Source: Sphagnum compactum (lineage: Eukaryota). Taken from it: a stretch of 64,000 bases of DNA. The DNA lies in the NCBI GenBank assembly GCA_965153455.1, contig OZ234493.1, positions 6,562,213 to 6,626,212 on the forward strand, written 5' to 3'. The notes below the pieces were generated by a model. It saw nothing but the letters and a program-made list of their open reading frames with translations. It was not told the origin of the DNA and ran no database searches. Below, one piece after another: positions 52,350 to 64,000 of the stretch. The number at the start of each line of letters is the position of its first letter. The stretch's first letter is position 1. The translations under genes and the position numbers were made by a program.

Positions 52350-53589
52350 AAGTCGAGGTCCATTTTCTGACACCCCCCTAGTGAAGGACCTAGACTTGTT
52401 CCCACACGAGTGGTGAGATTGATTGGAGCTAGTGGATGCACATTTGCACCCATCACCCATTGCATTTTGGTGCAAGTGTGTCTCGCATCATCATGCGAGT
52501 GGAATTGGAGTTCATATTCATTTGTCCATAACAAAGTGTGAAATCAATTAACATCGAGTCGAACGGAAGACCTGGTGTACATATACACTTAATAGCAAGC
52601 TCTTGTGAGAACAACTTGGCACCAACCCCACAGCATGGTATGAGAAAAATATGGTGTTTGAAGATTCAATGTCCAATGTTGATGAAATTGTAAATGAAAA
52701 CAATTCATCAGACAAAAACCCCACAACGTCAAATAAGTGGGATGAGGATGAAATCGAATATGACCCCTTTGAATTCCCTCATGATGATGAGATCCATTTT
52801 CAAGATTGTTGTCTGATCTGATGATTTGGCATGTTCAAGGGTCTAGCAATGGCAATGCAAATCCAAACATGCCATTCTTAGACAATGATGTTCAAGTGTC
52901 TGATGCACCCCCCGCATGTTGTACATGCTATAATAGCCCTAAGTCAAGACACGTCCATGCAATCAATGAGTTCCATGGAAGTGGACCCTTCAATTAGTGC
53001 AAACACACCATTAGCTTAAATCATCATTCCAGAGCCGGATGCACAATAGACACTAAATAACACTTTAGACATACAAATGGACCCACTCATCAATCTTCCA
53101 AATATTGTAGTCAATGACATTGGGGATATTACATTAAAACTAGGTGTGGGCCCGCGTATGATCACTAACATAGGTGCACCCCAAGTTGCGGATCCAAGTC
53201 CTTCAAGTTTTAAAACTTCAAGACCAAAGAAGTTAGCAGAAGGTGATTCAAATTCTAATCACACACCAATCAACTAGTACTTATGGCGTCCAAGACCCCC
53301 GATACCCAAAGTGCCAATGGGTCAAGACTAATCATTATGGCAGCTTCCATGAATCATCTTCCGCCAACTATTGAAAACTTGTCCACATGTTGAGTTACCT
53401 AAGGGAAAAGGCCTATTGTTCAAACAACAATTATTTTTGTTGGTGAACATAATTATGAACGACCACACACTGATGATGGCATTTTCAGTATTGAGGGACA
53501 GCGCCCCACCAAACAAATCATGACAAAATGTTAAGGTTGAAAATATCATCAGAACCTTGTGTGGGATAGACACTTCAGAAGTAAAGGAG

Positions 53590-54900
53590 TGTGAGGCGAC
53601 TTTTTATCCCTCTACTCCCGGCTCTACAAGGTGACTATACTTGAAAGCATAAATGCTATCGGTGAAGGACAAATGCAAGTGTATTTCTAGATGTTAGATT
53701 GCGTTTGTAGTTGAGATCAAGTAGCTTGCGTCCTATGCATTATTTACGATTAGAACTAATAAATATATTTCCAAGCTCAAACATTCCAAATCTTAGAATT
53801 TTATGTCAAATTGTCATTCATTTAAACTAATTTTTAAGGACTCAACATTATGTTCAACTTACCTGCAGACCACTAGCCACTTGAAATATTGATTCTAACA
53901 CATAAGTTATCCAAATCCAGCTTGCCTTAGCTCTTTAGAAAGTTAACTACAAGATGCACCTTGCTACCAAATCCTAAGCTCTGCAACTAAACTAGTTAAA
54001 AGTTATGCCACAAAACCCGAAAGGGTTTTACGAAGGTGGTAAATTCAACTTGGTTGCAGACCACTAGTCACTTGAAATATTGTTTCTAACACATAAGTTA
54101 TTCAAATCTTTGAAAACTTGTTCATACAACTTTTCTTAAGAAAAGAAGAATGATTAGTTTTAGTAGATGGTAGAAAGAGGGAGAATAGATTGGATGATAA
54201 TAGTACCTTTCAAAGGGATGGAAATGAATAGGGGTAATTTTAGGAGCTTGAAATTTTAGAGGTATTTCACAAGACCTCTCGGGTTTTGTAGCATAACTTT
54301 TTCTTAATCTAGATGTAGAACTTGACAGTTGGTAGGCAAGTGCACATTATAGATAACTTTTCAATGAACCAATGCAAACTAAATTTGAATAGAGTATGTG
54401 ATGGTAACAATGTTTTAAATGATTAGAGGTCCATTGTCAAGTTGAGCTTTTTGCTTTCGTGAAACCCCCTTGGGTTTTGTGGCACAACTTTTTATTGATC
54501 TAGGTGCAGAGCTTGAGATTTGGTAAGCAAGTGTGCTTTATAGCTAACTCCAATGAACTAATGTAAGCTAGATTTGGATAACATATGTGAGGGGAATAAT
54601 GTTTTGAGTGACTAGAGGTCTGCTATCAAGTTAAACATATTGTCAAGTCCTTAGAAGTTAGTTTAGCTGGGTGACAATTTAACATAAAATTCTAAGATTT
54701 GGAAAGTTTGAACTTAGGAAATATATCTATCAATTCCAAATCATAAAGATGCATAGGAGGTAAACTATTTGTTTTTAACTACAAATGTAATTTAATATCT
54801 AGAGATACACTTTACATTTTTCCTTCACCAATAACATATGTACCTTCGAGTATAATCACCTCATAAAACTAGGAGTAGAGGGACAGAAAGTCACTTCATA
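53590..54900. mobile_element. Foldback element: ~520-bp forward arm and ~800-bp reverse arm of one repeat family joined head-to-head
   Basis: TGTGAGGCGACTTTTTATCCCTCTACTCC at the left end vs GGAGTAGAGGGACAGAAAGTCACTTCATA at the right; similarity runs the length of the left arm; junction ~54105; no TSD visible. Confidence 0.85.
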
Positions 54901-56089
54901 ACCACTCATATGTGGCGATTAAATTTGATCGCCATTCAATATTATTGATTAAATTCGGTTGTTATTGGATGGCGGTTATGAATTTCGATCGTTGTAGATG
55001 GATTTGCTAACATTTTCAGTTGCCATCTAGGAACCATTAGATGGCGACCGAATTTGTCTTAGCCGGCAGATGACAATCAATTTTTGAAATAAGTATTTTC
55101 AAGGTTTATGAGTTTTAAAATGCAATCCATGATTCATTTTTTAGCACCTATGTTCTCATTTGGGTTTTGTGTTTTTGGTTGCTCCCTTATAATGATTACA
55201 TGGAACCTTGGGGGTGAGTTGAGGTGATCAAGTCCCGAGTAAAGGGCTATCTTTTTCGCATGTTGCGAATGTTTTAGACCACATTAAACCTTGACTTTTT
55301 AAGACTTGAAAAGACTTTTGGTTTTTCATCATCCAAAATTTGAAGGATGTTATAAAATGGATATTCGAGGAGACAACCATCGGGTAGACCATTGTCGAGT
55401 GTTCAATTTGACCAAAACCCCCAAAAAACAAATTATCCCACACATCATTTGGGACTTACCCCCCAGACCTTTGAGCAGCCCATCTTCAACCATGCACAAA
55501 TGAAAGGCTATAGAAATGTTTGATGAGGAGAACACTTCATCGACATAAACTCGAAATCATCAAAAGCCTGAAGACAATCATCCTAAAAGAATCGCCACAC
55601 GATAATTCCAAGAAAGTATCATGACATTTTTTACAGAGCACACAATGGCATATCTCAACAATGTTTTTGTGAACAAGCAAGGAAGTAGCTTGAAGAAGTA
55701 TAATCAGGTCATGGAGCATAAGTTTTTGGCAAAACTAGACAAATCCTCGCAATACACCAAGTTTTGGATTTTCAAAGAATTTCTGGAATCGTTTGAATGC
55801 AAAATTTCGAATTTAGCCACAAACTTGTTGCAATGGTTTAATGTCCTTTATCCACAAAAGGACAAGGTGCACTAGACCATGGAGGTGGTGAACTTGTGGG
55901 AGAAAATTTCATGTTGGACCAAATTTTTGAAAAATTGGTCGAAAAAAAAAGGTGAGGTTTACACCATGGATGGAAAAAGGCACTTAAAACCTTCTAGCCC
56001 AAATTGGAAGCCATGGTGTGTTATGAATTCTAAGCATAACAAATGTGCTCCCATTGTTGAGTAGAGATAATCAAGGTGGTTATGGTGTG

Positions 56090-56529
56090 GGGTGCAGTCA
56101 TGTTAATAGGAGTTAAAAGCAATCATAACCACAACTTAATTATGTGTTTTTTACACCAAATTTTTTATAAAAAATTCTAACTTGAAAATACATTAAATTT
56201 TTTACACATTATCAATCTAATGTCTTATTCTAGAAATCTCCAAAATATGAAATTATTTCATTAACATTTGGACCTTCAAAAGTAATGTAAAAAGACTTGT
56301 AACCACTGTTATTAAATAGTAAAAGGACTTGTAAATGGACTTGGAAAACTTTGAAAATGACATATTTTTTACAAAATTTTAATACAAACCTTCACAAAAT
56401 AATACAAAGAATTTTTTGAAGATTTTTTCAGATTTTGTTGAAGATTTTTTCAAAAATATTCCAAGAATATTCCCTAAAAAGCAGTCACCTAAGGGAACAC
56501 TAGTGGCTCCTATTAGCCCGTTTGCACCT
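56090..56529. mobile_element. GGG-terminated MITE (440 bp) inserted in the kinase Gly loop
   Basis: TIR GGGTGCAGTCATGTTAATAGGAG / CTCCTATTAGCCCGTTTGCACCT; 4-bp TSD TGTG (56086-56089 / 56530-56533); excision restores GGYGVV in frame. Confidence 0.88.
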
Positions 56530-56953
56530 TGTGGTGTGCACGGTGCGAATTGAAAGATTGGATCACATCCCAAGCACAATTGAATTGATAGGAAAAACAT
56601 CGAAGACATATGACAAGCAAGAAACATGTAAGCAACAATCAATGGAAACTTTGGCATGCCCGTGCAAACATCCAGGTGTCATCAAATTCCTTGCCATCCA
56701 CACAGAAACCACGGAAACATACACATTGTGGTGGAATGGGGGAACTTTTCGAAAAATGTTGGATTACAACACGAAGTATTCCCCCATTACTAATAATCAT
56801 ACCTTATTGTGGCAAGGGGGGCTAGATATGGAACGGTGAACAGAACTTGTCACCTTTAGGCAAAATCGTGTGAAGTTTGCATGGGCATTCATAAACCTTA
56901 TGAATGTAGTACATCATTGTGAATTTTTGCACAACGACTTGTCTAAGGATAAT

Positions 56954-59900
56954 GCAACTTAATGAACCAACACTAGTTAGCAACATGATGGACTAACAAT
57001 AACACCAACAACATAGGGGGTAAATGGTGAAGGAGGGTATTTGGTACCGAGAGGTGTATAACAATGTGATGGACTACCAACTCACCACTTGCAAGGTGAT
57101 GGCAATGGGGGTAATACCTCACCAAAACACATGTAATGAACATGCAACGAAAGTAACAACCAACAATGCAAATGAACAACAACATCAACACATGGGGGAA
57201 TCGTTCATGTGGGTATTTGGGAGCGTGACAAACACTAGCAATGTGATGAATTAACACCAATAATGCAATAAACTAACATTTATACTAGCGATGCCATAAA
57301 CCAATAACAACATCAACAACACCATAAATGCCAATTTTGAATTAAAATTTTGGCTTGACCAATGTGTGAAAAACAACTGCAAAGCTTGCTTTTATGGCCT
57401 ACCAAACTATACTCTTATAAACTGCATTCTTTTTATCAAATTCACTTTGTGTTCAAAATTACTCAACCATGTTACAGCATTCCATCAACTTTGATGATTT
57501 GGTTTTAACTTGGCATAAAAGGCAAAGTCATTCCTTATTTAACATCTAAAGGTTGAATCAACTTGATATGATGTGAGTTGGTGGATGGTTTCATGCGAAC
57601 CCTACATGCAACTACTACAAGGTCCAATGACATCCACCCAAGTCAAGATCTCAAGAAGCTTTCTTCATAATGGGCAATGTGGGCACATGATTGAAGTCTC
57701 CTACATTTCTTACAAAATAAATAATGACAACATGTGAAGATTGTAACCTATTCAAGGCTTGCCCAACTACCTATCTAAGAGGCCCAAAGGTGTATTTTGG
57801 GAAAAACTTGTACACTACAAGCTACGATTGTTTTGGACCAAAGAGTGGAACTCTATGTGAACTACCTAACATGCCATTTTGATACACTCAACATATTTTT
57901 AATTCATATTTGGTCATATGGCAATGCAAGCATCAGATCTAGCAAGTGCTATCATCCTTTTATGTTCTTCTTGTTGTAGGAAATGGGTAAATATGGGGTC
58001 TTCTTAAGGAGGTAATCCTTCAAATGATCTATTTACTAGTATAACATGTAAATTTGGGTCAAGATTGGGATTTTTACCCTGGCCCATGTGGGTGACTTGT
58101 GCTAAATTTGAGCACCACACTACCAATGATGATCCATTATTTTATCTCTTTCTTATGTTTTCATATGGTTTTCAATAATTCATCATTATTTGTGTCAATG
58201 ATAAATTTAATTTAAATTACTATACATTTCATGGACATGAAAAGACACATTTTAATTTTTTTTCATGTCCATGCTGGTGGATAGGGAAAAAAGTGAGGTA
58301 GTTATGAAATGGAACTAGTTTTTAAAAAAGGTGGGAGATAGTTATTAAAAAAATTAATAAGAAATGGTAGTTATTAAGAAAAAAAATGAAATAATTAAGT
58401 TTGAAAATGAGGTAGCTATTTTTTTAAATTGTTTTTGGAATGATCTATGGACAACCATACGAAGGATTCCAAAAAATCCCCCATATACCAATTTTGATTA
58501 ATTGTTACTAGAATTACTTATCACTGGAATTTGTGTAGAGATGTTTAGATAGCCAAGTCTTGTAAATCAATGTCCTCATGGATACAACAACCATGCCATG
58601 AAATGATGATTTTATCTAAGAAGGACTTATTCACTAATGAAAGCAAAATATTTTAACTAGCATAATTTGATGAATGATGTACTTTGAAACATTTTGTGAT
58701 GTAGTTGAAATGGTGATCATCCATAAGACACTTTTGCCTAATTTGGTTACACACTATATATGAAAATAAAAAAAGCCCAAACCCTTCTATATTTTAGCTA
58801 CCTATTGGAACTTATCACGAAAATCTTTTCCTTCAAGTTCTATTGAATTTGGGCCATATTTTTCATTAAAATTTTGTTGTATAGGTCAAGTTGAAAATTT
58901 GCAAAATTTCATTTAAAAAAAAAACCATTGTAGTTAGCTCGTCTTGGTATGATAGATGGTAAAGACTAGGCTTATTTAGGTATGTAACTAAAAATTAGGA
59001 ATAAGCATGTATGTGTGTGAAATGAAGAAATTTCAACAAATGTGGATGATGGAAATTGAAGTGATGAAATTTGGGTTTGAGAAATACCAATGCTGTGTCT
59101 TTTGATCTCTATGTTTTCTTGTTCATTTGTTGATCATGAACAAGTCTGAAGGTCCAATTGCAAGCAAAGCATGATGGAATTGCAATAAGGCTTCAATGCA
59201 ATGAAGGTGAACATTACGAGTGTGGAGTTTTGTGGGCATGTTTCTTTTCAATTTTTGGCAATATAAATATGTGTAAAGGTTGCAGATATTTGCTTATTTA
59301 TGAGATGCACCTTAAAGCTCGGTGAGTGATTGAGGATAATGGAAAATAAGAACAAGAACTTGGAGATGAGGAGGCTAGTTCCTTTTGGGTGAAAAAGAGC
59401 TAAGTGATTTGTGTGTTATGCATAAGAATAGTAAAGCTTTTACTTTCTAGAAGGATGTTGTCTATGTTGTTTTCTTGTTTTGTGTGAAAATTTGTGATGG
59501 CTTAATACAATTGCTATGACTTTTTTTCTATTGTGTATAGTGATCCTTAGTGGCCATTGTGAATTCTATAACCACCATAATGTATAAATCTAATACCAAG
59601 GAGATGATGGTAAAAAATAGGAATTTTGGGCCCAAATGAGTTTTCACTTTAGTGGCAATGGGTGAAAGCACACTAAGCCCCCCCCAAAATTGTATTCACA
59701 CATATAATCTTTCTGCAATTAGATTTTTTTAATAATGTATCGACATCACATCTTGGATTATTTTTGTTTGTTTTAAGTATATTTGATTAGCTTTAAACTT
59801 CATCTAATCAGTTATTTTGAAAAATTCAACAAACATTGAAGAATTTGAACATATGGAGTATATTCATGACCGAAAAAAACTTGTCACAATGTTTGAGATT

Positions 59901-61289
59901 TTGAATATATACTTCAAAAATAAGGTTGTGGATGGAATTCTTGGGTGAATTATTTTACGGTGTATGATATTGATATACATCAATTAAATCTAGGAGAGTT
60001 TAGAAATTAAAAAATTTTGGATGAAATTCCATTCAAAAAATGTTTTGTTTTGCATTTGTTTAATAATGAATGAATAATAATATTTTTTTAAAGAAAAAAT
60101 CACTACCATGTCAAAGAGTAGGAGATTTTATAGATGAGCATTGCATTATTTTTTCAATTTTATTTTGTTTGGTAATGTTTCATGAATCATAAACATAAGG
60201 CCCTATGGTTGTAAGTTATATATTCTATATACATTGATTTTATCCAATCCTCCTCATCTAACTGTTGGATCGAAATTAATTTTAGATCAAAATGAACTTT
60301 GAGTTCAAAAATGTTGTTGTGCAAATTTTTAAGTTCTTTTGCTTTTATTTAGGACAACCAAAGGATGCTATCAAGATTTTAGCTTATTGCATATTATACT
60401 ATTTGTTATACATCACCTTTTTAGAACAAAAATGGCTCACCTTTAGTGTGTTTTCACCTCAATGGTAATACCACATTCTAGCAACATCAACTCACCTTAT
60501 TATTTATTACTTGAAAATATTGTGAAATGGTGATTGTTGACAATGAAACCCAATGTGGTGGGTTGGGATACATGAGCAAGGGTTTGGAAAATGTTGGAGG
60601 ATCCAATAATGAAATGCGATATGTTGTAAAAATTGGAATGAAATCTCTTCATAGTGAATTTGGTGAAGCTTTCAATGTTTGTTGTTACTAATTTTGTCAT
60701 GGAATGTTGGGTTCACCAACATGGGAATTAGAAAATTGAAATCTTTATTGTTTATAATTGTTGGTGGTGAATTAGACATTGAAGGAATGTAGGAAATTAA
60801 GGGAGGCTCAAAAAAGGATTGATATGATTGATCTATTTTGAATTAGTAATAAGACCATTGTTTGATGGACACAAAGTACATGGAAATAAAATGTTGGATA
60901 AAGTGTGGTTTTTCATTTATTGCAAGGATGTTTTTTTGGAATGTTAATTAATGCAATATTGTACACCATTAGATTCACAAAATTCATAATCTTTTGAGGT
61001 TTTTTAGTTAAACCATCTTAGTTTAATACATTACTACAAAATGTGTGGACAAACCATTACAGCCAACCACCGAATTTGACTTTGGGTGGTCTTCACATGA
61101 CAAAAATCATTCACGACTTTTTTGAGTGGGCAAATCCTACAAAAACGAACCAACATTAACATTAACAACACAAAGTACCAACAACACCATAAATGCGATG
61201 AACCAATAATAACACCAACAATGCAAACAACCGACAACAACACCAACAATGTAACAGACCAACAATACAATGAACCAACAACATCAACC
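56954..61289. mobile_element. ~4.3-kb composite insertion in the kinase catalytic loop, with AAC/CAA-rich degenerate repeats at both ends
   Basis: Interrupts HNDLSKDN|IMLHF; AACAACACCAAC-rich tracts at ~56954-57330 and ~61140-61289; no TIR or TSD resolved. Confidence 0.65.
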
Positions 61290-62239
61290 ATTATGTTGCA
61301 TTTTCTAGCAAACAAACCAGATGTTGTGTACATAGGCGTGTGCAAATAGAATGAAGTCAGGCGCTTGTAAGAGGTGATGCCATCATTGTATGGCTTTACA
61401 AAAGAACAAGGTGCCACCAATGCAAAACAAATGCATTGGTGGGTTTCCCCAGAATTGTTTTTTGTTTACAACGAATCAGGAATTGCAAATTCCTTGACAA
61501 ATGGCCAAGCAACATGGTACAGCTTTGAGGTTTGAAGCATATTTGGTGGGTAGGTTGGCAAATGTCATATGGGGTGATGATTGGGATGCAAAATATTTTT
61601 TGGACAATTCAACCAAGATGTCATTTGGGAAACTGATCCATGACATGTATGACCCAAATCCGAAGGCACAAAGAACTATTCAACACATTGTGTGCACATT
61701 GATGGGGCCTCCATACAATTAGACTGCATCTGAAGAGTGTTATCAAAGACAACCATAAACAATTTGTAGTTACTAGTTTTACATGATGTGGTGTAATTTG
61801 CATGATCTTTCAAAATGACATGTTTTGGATTTGTGGATTTTATAAAACCCAATTTTTGATCGCTGTAGGAGTGGCAACCAAAATCCATTTTTGGTCACCA
61901 ATCATAATGGGGATACCCCAAGTATGACCAAGGATTTTCCTGCATCCATCTTGACGAACGTGTCAAGATAAGACGTCGATGTGACGCTTAACACAAAATG
62001 GGCACATCATGTTTGTTTTGACAACCTTGTTTTGAGCTTGAATTTTTCCTCTTTGTCTCCTTTCAAAAGGTTTAAAGAGCTCTTGATCACCACCTTGATT
62101 GTGTTTTTAATTTGATCATCTTTCTCACGTTATGAGTTCTTGATCTTTGGGCAATATGTGTTGTGATCTGAACCTTTAGTGGTTTAGTGTTATGAGTTTA
62201 TTAATATCTTTAGTAATCTTGTGATGGTGGTAGTTGTGT

Positions 62240-62945
62240 GTTGTGCACTTTTGAAATTAAAACATTTTTCTCCTTTGTATTAGGTGTTGTTTTTTCTGGT
62301 TTCAATGTTCATTTCTCCTCTCTCTTAATTATTAATTTCTTTGCTCTTAATTCTTCTTTCTTAGCTGCTATTATTTTTTATGCCGCTTTTAACACTTCTC
62401 TTTCCTCTTTCTCCTCTCTTTTCACTCATGACGTCTCTTTCTCCTCTTTCTCAATTAGTGTTTTCTCCACTTTCAACACTTCTATTTTGTCTTTCTCACA
62501 TGTTGTTTTTCAAGCTCTTGACACCTTTCTCCTCTCTCATAATTACTAGTGTTGGTCCTTCCTTAAGTTGGACACCTTTTTTTCCACTATTGTTATTGGT
62601 CCCCTTTCCAAGTTCAATGCCTTTTTCTCCTCTCTCAGTTTTTGTCGTTGGTCCTTTCCTTTCTTTGAACTATTATTGGTCCTCTTTCTTGGAATTCAAT
62701 GCCTCTCTTTCCTCTCTCACAGTTGTTACCATAGATCCTTTTTCCTTTCTTAACACCTCTCCTTCCTCTTTCTCAGCTTCTAGTATTGGTTTTCTTAATC
62801 TTCTTTCTCAATTGTTATTATTAGTCCTCTTTCTTCTCTTGATCGACCTTTCTCAACTGTTGTTGCTAATATTTTATCCTCTTTCAATCCTCTCTCATCT
62901 ACTGATGTTGGTCCTTTTTTTTATCTCTTTCAAACCTTTAGTCAA
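62240..62945. repeat. Pyrimidine-rich low-complexity repeat
   Basis: Repeated TTTCTCCTCTCTCA(A/G)TT(G/A)TT units. Confidence 0.65.
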
Positions 62946-64000
62946 CTAACTAGTTACTTCCTTTTCCTTTAATCATTGGAAAATAACAAGCTTGTTGTTC
63001 AATGCCTTTGTGCTTACTACCTAGCCTATTGTTGAACCCATATTGTGTAGTTTAGATTCATGCCTTTGTAATTGTGTTGATATACTCACAAACCTATTTG
63101 AAAATCATGGTGAAAGTAGTCACCCACTTCAATTACAATTGTTAGAATCTAAGCTACAGTGAAATATGTTCTAACACAATTTTCATCAATTTTTTTCAAA
63201 CTATTCAATTTGCTGTAGAATTGATCAATGCACATATTCATTTGGCTCATTTATTTTCCTTATCCTTTTGTTTTCCTTCTCTGATTTCCTCTGCATTTTC
63301 CTTTTCCATTTCTTTTCTCTTTAGGATATCTAGGTATTCAAAACTAGTCACAAGATGTGACTAAGAATAATTGATTAATAATTTTTCCCTTTTTGTACGT
63401 CTTGCAAGTAAATGAAGTAGTGATAATAGGTTATGCACCCTCATGGATTCCTAGGTTAGATTTGGAGACTATTGGGTTTCTTGCAGCAAATTTTGAGTAT
63501 CTTCAAAACTATCCTCATTTAGGTTTACAACATTAATATCTTATGATAGTTGTTTTATCATCATAATGCTTTGAGGTCTATTTACATAATAATGTTGGTT
63601 ATTCTTTAGCTTGTAGGTAGATAGATCTTCAGATGTTGGATGTTGAGATATTTTAACTATATGGAAAAAATTCATAGCAAAAGATTCCTTCCCCCCTTTT
63701 TTGATTATTCTTAGATTCCTCTTCTGTTGTGTAATCTTCTTCATTTCTTGCATTTTTCGTGTTTGTTGCAATATAAACCTCTGATGGTTAAGTCTTGCCA
63801 TACATAGCCTTTGAGTTGAAAAGCCATATACATATATTTAAAACCCAAACTTGATGTTTTATTCTAATTGATTACTTTAACACCTGATCTATCCATCCAG
63901 TTATAATTATCTTGTTTAGTTCCATGTAATCGCTTCTAGACATAATTACAACCCTAAGTTTTTTTAATGTTATTTTAAAAGGCTTGAACAAGACACATCT

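Larger units (their letters stand above)
44539..53589 (+). pseudogene. hAT transposase (BED finger + DUF659/RNase H-like core + dimerization domain), split by the copia insertion
   Basis: VECKFCD...RMLFHL (BED); FFYEANIPFSVV, TICFDGWD, NIIQICTEN, CYVAHYLDLLLED; after the copia, PHEW...VQVCLASSCEWNWSSYSFVHNKV*NQLT..EDLVYIY. Removing the copia plus one TSD gives in-frame DFVKSRGPFS. Multiple stops; extension beyond ~52800 is uncertain. Confidence 0.9.
55357..61722 (+). pseudogene. Divergent protein kinase pseudogene in three pieces (55357-56089, 56534-56953, 61290-61722)
   Basis: Rejoined: QGGYGV|VCTVRI (Gly loop), ELIGK (beta3 Lys), SMETL (alphaC Glu), HPGVIKF, WWNGGT, FLHNDLSKDN|IMLHF (catalytic loop), YIGVC (DFG position mutated), WWVSPELF (APE), EAYLVG (subdomain IX), DPNPKAQRTI (subdomain XI). 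Confidence 0.85.
43981..62029 (+). mobile_element. Composite ~18-kb hAT transposon carrying a transposase and a protein kinase, with nested insertions
   Basis: Terminal inverted 8-mers CAAGGTTG (43981) / CAACCTTG (62022-62029). 8-bp TSD CTTTGAGC (43973-43980) vs TTTTGAGC (62030-62037). GGYGACCGAA-like subterminal repeats at ~44330-44470 and ~61850-61900. hAT transposase inside. Confidence 0.8.

Noticed and set aside
44014-62023. TGTCA...TGACA as the ends of the large element
   Set aside because: No TSD flanks these positions; the outer CAAGGTTG/CAACCTTG pair has an 8-bp TSD.
62238-62949. Hydrophobic 103- and 189-aa ORFs as membrane proteins
   Set aside because: By-product of a T/C-rich low-complexity repeat.

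Overview
AT-rich, transposon-dense eukaryotic nuclear DNA, most likely a land plant; the repeat style suggests a moss, which is inference only. No intact host protein-coding gene or RNA gene is supportable. The dominant structure is an ~18-kb hAT DNA transposon (43981-62029). It has CAAGGTTG...CAACCTTG termini and an 8-bp TSD (CTTTGAGC/TTTTGAGC), and carries two degenerate genes in tandem on the + strand: a BED-finger/DUF659-type hAT transposase and a divergent protein kinase. It is swollen by four nested insertions: a young full-length Ty1/copia retrotransposon (46235-52349), a 1.3-kb foldback element, a 440-bp MITE and a 4.3-kb block; removing them leaves a ~5.8-kb transposase+kinase core. 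Other mobile DNA includes a degenerate RLE-type (CRE-like) non-LTR retrotransposon, three CACTA elements with exact TSDs, a GGG-terminated MITE family with 4-bp TSDs, a hAT MITE, pogo and ZNF862-like hAT transposase relics, and a palindromic element with tRNA-like ends. Host-like relics are an orphan class II HDAC first exon and a spliced pseudogene of unknown identity. All alignments and translations were done by eye.
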